Of a stretch of 64,000 bases of DNA, positions 58,485-64,000 are shown piece after piece. Below the pieces are notes generated by a model that saw nothing but the letters and a program-made list of their open reading frames with translations, was not told the origin of the DNA and made no database searches. Source of the stretch: the human T2T-CHM13v2.0 reference genome, Homo sapiens; the NCBI RefSeq assembly GCF_009914755.1, contig NC_060947.1, one strand, 5' to 3'. The stretch's first letter is position 1. Every line of letters begins with the position of its first letter. A program made the position numbers and the translations under genes.

Positions 58485-61400
58485 AATTTTTAATTTTTTA
58501 TTTCTGTATGTTACTGGGGAACAGATGGTGTTTGGTTACATGAGTAAGTTCTTTAGCGGTGGCTTGTGAGATTTTGGTGCACCCATCGCCCGAGCAGTAT
58601 ACACTGCACCCAATTTGTAGTCTTTTATCCCTCACCCCATTCCCACCCTTTCCCTTTGAGTACCCGAAGTCCATTTTGTTATTCTTATGCTTTTGCACCC
58701 TCATAGTTTAGCTCCCACTTATGAGTGAGAACATATGATGTTTGGTTTTCCATTCCTGAGTTACTTCACTTCGAATAATAGTATCCAATCTCATCCAGGT
58801 TGCTGCAAATGTCATCAATTCATTCCTTTTTATGGCTGAGTAGTAGTCCGTCATATATATACACATATGTATGTATATATATATATATATGAGTAGTATT
58901 CAATCATATATTTATACATATATCACAGTTTCTTTATCTACTCATTGACTGATGGGCATTTGGGTTGGCTCCATATTTTTCAATTACTAATTGTGCTGCT
59001 ATAAACATGCATGTGCAAATATCTTTCTTTTTTTTTTTTTTTTTTTGTATAATGACTTCATTTCCTCTGGGTAGGTACCCAGTAGTGGGATTGCTGGATT
59101 AAATGGTAGATGTATTTTTTGTTCTTTAAGAAATCTCCACACAATTTTCCACAGTGGTTGTACTAGTTTACATTCCCACCAGCAGTGTAGAAGTGTTCCC
59201 TCTTCACCGCATCCATGCCAACATCTATTATTTTTTTTATTATGGCCGTTCTTGTGGGAGTAAGGTGGTACTGCATTGTGGTTTCGATTTGCATTTCCAT
59301 GATGATTAGTGATGTTGGGCATTTATTTATATGTTTGTTTGCCATCTGTATATCTTCTTTGAGAATTGCCTATTCATGTCCTTAGGCCACTTTTTAATGG
59401 GATTGTTTGTTTTTTTCTTGCTAATTTGCTTTATTTCATTGTAGATTCTGGATAACAGTCTATGTCAGATGTATACATTGTGAAGATTTTCTCCAACTCT
59501 GTGGGTTGTCTGTTTACTCCACTGACTCTTCTTTTTGCCCTGTAAAATCTCTTTAGTTTAATTAAGACCCAGTAATTTATCTTTGTTTTGTTGGATTTGC
59601 TTTTGGGTTCTTGGTCATGAAATCCTTGTGAATCTGTTGTGAATCTGATAGGTACTAGTTTACATTCCCACCAGCAGTGTAGAAGTGTTCCCTGTGAAAT
59701 CTCCTGTGAATCTGTTAGGTTTTCTTTTATAGATTACCTGATGCTTCTGCCTAACAGCTGAAAGATACTTTCTTTCATCTTAATTTTAGATAATGTGATG
59801 ACAATGTGCCTAAGGAATAATATTTTTGCGACAAATTTCCCAGGTGTTCTTTGAGCTTCTTGTATTTGGATGTCTAGGTCTCTAGCAAGGTCAGGGAAGT
59901 TTTCCTCAATTATTTCCCCAAATATATTTTCCAAACTTTTAGATTTCTCTTCTTCCTGAGTAACTCTGATTATTTTCGGGTTTGGTCATTTAACGTAATT
60001 CTAGACTTTTTGGAGGCTTTGCTCATATTTTTTATTCTTTTTACTTTGTCTTTGTTGGATTGGGTTAATTCAAAAACTTTATCTTCAAGCTCTGAAATTC
60101 TTTCTTCTGCATTTGATTTTATTGCTGAGAATTTCCCGAGCATTTTGCATTTCTTTAAGTGTGTCCATTGTTTCCTGAAGTTTTGTTTTTTATTTATGCT
60201 ATGTTTTTCACTGAAGATTTCTCTCCTCATTCTTGTATCTTTTTAAAAATTTTCTTAAATTTGACTTTGCCTTTCTCTGGTACTTCCTTGATTAGCTTAA
60301 TAACTTACTTTATGAATTCTTTCTCAGATAAATCAGGGATTTCTTCTTGGTTTGGATCATTGCTGGTGAGCTAGTGTGATTTTGGGGGGTGTTAAATAAC
60401 TTTGTTTTGTCTTATTACCAGAGTTGGTTTTCTGGTTTCTTCTCATTTGAATAGTCTCTGTCAGAGGGAAGGTCTAGGGCTCAAGACTATTGTTCAAATT
60501 GTTTTGTCCTACTGTGTGTTCCCTTGATGTAGTACTCTCCCCCTTTTCCTAAGGATGTGGCTTCCTGATAGCCTAGCTGTAGTGATTGTTATGTCTTTTT
60601 TGGACCTAGCCACCCAGCAGGTCTACCAGGCTTTGGGCTGGTACTGAAGGTTGCCTTCACAGAGTCCTGTGATATGAACTGTCTGTAGGTCTCTCAGTCA
60701 TGGATACCAGCTCCTGTTTTGGTGGAGGTGGCAGGGGGGTGAAATGCATTATGTGAGGGTCCTTAGTTTTGGTTGTTTAATGTACTATATTTGTTCTGGT
60801 TGGTCTTCTGCCAGGAGGTGGCACTTTCGAGAGAGCCTCTGTTGTGGTAGTATAGGGAGGATCAGGCAGTGGGTGGGGGCCCAAAACTTACAAGAATATA
60901 GGCCCTTTGTCTTCACTACCAGCTTGGGTAGGGAAGGACCATCTGGAAGGGCCAAGGCTTGGAGTGTCTGAGCTCAGACTCTCCTTGGGTGTGTCTTGCT
61001 GTGGCTGCTGTGGGGGATGAGGATGTGGTTTTCTGGTCAATGGAGTTATGTTCCTAGGAGGATTATGGCTGCCTCTGCTGTGTCATGCAGGTTATCAGGA
61101 AAGTCAGGGAAAGCCTGCAGTCACGGCCCTCACCCAGCTCCCACACAACCCAAAAGGCTGGTCTCACTCCCACCCTGCCCCCTCATCCCAACAGCACAGA
61201 GTCTGTTTCCAAGCAGTGGATGAGCAGGGCTTAGAACTTTCCCCAGGTTACCAGCCTTCCAGTTGCGAAAGCAAATAGGGCTTTCAAGCTTCCCCACCTG
61301 TGGAGTCTGCACACTGGATTAATGCCCTCCCCTGTGTTCTGGCCAGGAGACTTCTCATTTCATTGGAGTTGTTACAAAATTCAGCTGGAGGTTTTCTTCT

Positions 61401-61842
61401 CCCTGTGGCCTTTTCCAAGTACCTCTGGCAGTCCTCCCCAAGGACCCCTATGAAGCAAGTCAGAAATGGCTCCCTGGGGGACCCAGAGAACCCATAGGGC
61501 TTTCCCCACTTCTTACTCTACCCTTGTATTTCACTCAACTCTCTAAATTGACTCAGCTCTAGGTAAGGTCAGAGTCTTCTTCTGTGATCTAGATCTTCAG
61601 GTTCTCCATTACGGGTTTGTGTTTGGGGGCAGACGATCTCTCTTTCCCACTTCCACAGTTTGGGCACTCACAGTATTTGGGGTGTCTCCCAGGTCCTGCA
61701 GGAGCAATCAGCTTCCTTCAGAGGGTCTGTGGTTTCTCTTGGCTTTCCTGAATTATTCCTGCAGTAGTCCTGGAGCAAAAGTTTATGATGCGAGTCTCCA
61801 CAGACTGCTCTGTCCATCTGAGTGGGAGCTGCAATCTCGTCC
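58485..61842 (-). mobile_element. L1PB-like element with 5'UTR, partial ORF1 and 3' end but a large internal deletion; inserted into an L2 3' end
   Basis: ORF1 remnants (59734..59934 ENIFGEIIEENFPDLARDLDIQIQEAQRTP) abut ORF2 C-terminal remnants (58999..59345); L2 halves at ~58330-58480 and ~61845-61950. Confidence 0.88.
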
Positions 61843-64000
61843 TCTTGTTAGTTTTGTTGACAGCTATATTCCAAGAAGCTCAAACAGTACCTGTCACATA
61901 ATAAAACACTTAATAAATATTTGTGGAATAAATGAATAAATGAATAAAAGGGTAGCTGCAATAATTTGTGGATTTCTGGCACTGGATAGGGTAAATTTTA
62001 ATACATAAGATTCATTTTATATGATCAAGTAGGAAAAGGTAAATTGAGAGTTTAGAAAGAAGTAGTCTTTCTCTAGTGGCCTGGTGATCGTGATGCAGAT
62101 TTGTCCAGATATCAGGGTTCCATAGCTGACTTGAAAAATACCTTCCTCACCACCATTCTGAGAAATCATTAGAGTAATGAAGATCCCTTACCATTTTCAT
62201 CTTGTATGGAGTTCTTCATGGAACGCACCTAAGGGCAATGAGTCAGACCATTATAAGCTTTTGAATTTCAGAGCTTGAAGTCCCCAGAATTACTTGTGGT
62301 CAATGGAAAGAGTGTCCCAGGTCCCTTGCCCCTCAGGAAAATGGAGATTCTTACCCAGTGTTCATTGCTGTACATTTGTTAGCTGGGTCTGGGCCATCTC
62401 TGACACCTTCTTTCAGCTTTGTTCATCTTGCCGTAGAGAAAGGAAGAAGAAAAAGAAACAATTTCTTGCATTACTACTTGATACTCTGGAAAATGTTAAC
62501 ACTAAAGTGTACTTTACCAGTAGCAGAGTAGGCTCTTTATTGGATTAGGAGTAGAGGAAGAAACCAGGTAGGCGATGAGACCATGAAAGGAAAAGAAGAC
62601 GGACAGGAATGGATGTTACAGGGAAATATTTGAAGTGAAGACCAATTTTGCCTCCTTCTCAATTTGAGACATGAGAATTTCAGAACCTAAGTGACTGTAC
62701 TCTTTAGGACATTTTGAAAATTGTACACTTTTCATCTCTATGTGAAATGTTAAATTTGCAGAAATAATTAAACTGTTAACAAAAAATAGATAAAGACCTT
62801 AAGAAAGATTACTTTACATTGGAAGACCTAGAAGGGGAATAGATAGAGTTAATTATTTTAGAAGCATGAAGTGAGCATACTAGCACAATTGTGAAATTTC
62901 TTACAAGTGTGGAAAAACTATTAAATCTTGTGCAACTAGAATTAAGCATACTTCTTTTTAAGTAACTAGATACACAAATTTAGGGAGTGACTAAAGTGTC
63001 AAAGTATGGAAATTATTCAGTTTTAAAGCCTATGTTCTATAAATGAAGACATTTTTCATCTGAATTGAGTCATCTATCAGATGGCGATACTAACTACCTT
63101 AAAGTACAACTTTATAAAAAGGAACGTCATACCTTGACAAAGGAAGAAAGACAAGAATATTATTGGCACTTCAAACATGTAGTCAAGGAATTTCTAGAAA
63201 TAAGAACAATTTATCTGATGTCATATCTGAAGGTAAACCTTAGATCCAGGAAAGTACTAAAAAGGAAAGAACTACTAGGGGGAAAATATAAACTTCTGTC
63301 AGCCTTGCCACTGCTGAAATACTACAAATGCCTCCAAGGACCATGAAAGTTGGCTACTATTTTAATAGCACTTAAGCCTAGTAATGTAAATTCTCCAAGC
63401 TACAACACAGGACAAATTTTGGTTACACACCCATCTTAGAGGTATTAAATGCATAAACATTTCCACCACCACCATACTACCACTCACTCACCCCTTGTAT
63501 TATACTCTCCAAAAACAGAAACAATGATACTGATTAAGACAAAATGGAGTCCTCAAAGATACAATTAGGCAAACAAATTGTTTCATGTGGTGGAGCTTTT
63601 ATCAAATTAGGTCAAGGGAATACAAATAATGCTAGACTAGTACAATATCTCTCTTCTTTCCCAAGTGATTGATGTGGTAATATAGGACTGGAAAATATTA
63701 GGCCAGGGTAAAAGCCAGGGTAAAGCTAATGTGGGCACCTTAAAAATTTCTGCTGTGAGACGATAACTCAGGTAAAAGGAGGAACAGAATGGGCACCTCA
63801 GGCTTCTCTTTAATGTAGGCATTGGACATGAAGGCCATGCACAGTTTGGCCCAGCTCACTGGAATATTCTTTCTGCATATGTATTTGAGAAATTCATTAA
63901 ATATAAACTTGGGAGACTTTTATTTCTGGCTTTATGGTCAGAAACATGAAGACTCTCTCACTATAGGTACACCTAGAAATGTGGGAAACATAACAACATC

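Overview
Primate (most likely human) genomic DNA, AT-rich and mostly interspersed repeats. It holds the 5' half of HDX (highly divergent homeobox; X-linked in human) on the minus strand. I can place a CpG-rich promoter and non-coding exon 1 (~44699-44810), a probable 109-nt non-coding exon inside an ancient L1 5' end (30387-30495), a 147-nt first coding exon starting exactly at ATG (17613-17759) and a 1104-nt coding exon (10830-11933). The gene continues beyond position 1. The rest is L1, Alu, MIR, L2, CR1, MaLR/ERV LTRs, MER DNA transposons and microsatellites; subfamily calls are by eye. I found no new gene family or biological system. The best leads are TE-derived control of HDX translation, a possible stop-free circRNA, a full-length THE1 whose two LTRs differ by a DUX4/AP-1 motif switch, a probable old L1 3' transduction and templated-insertion repair scars.
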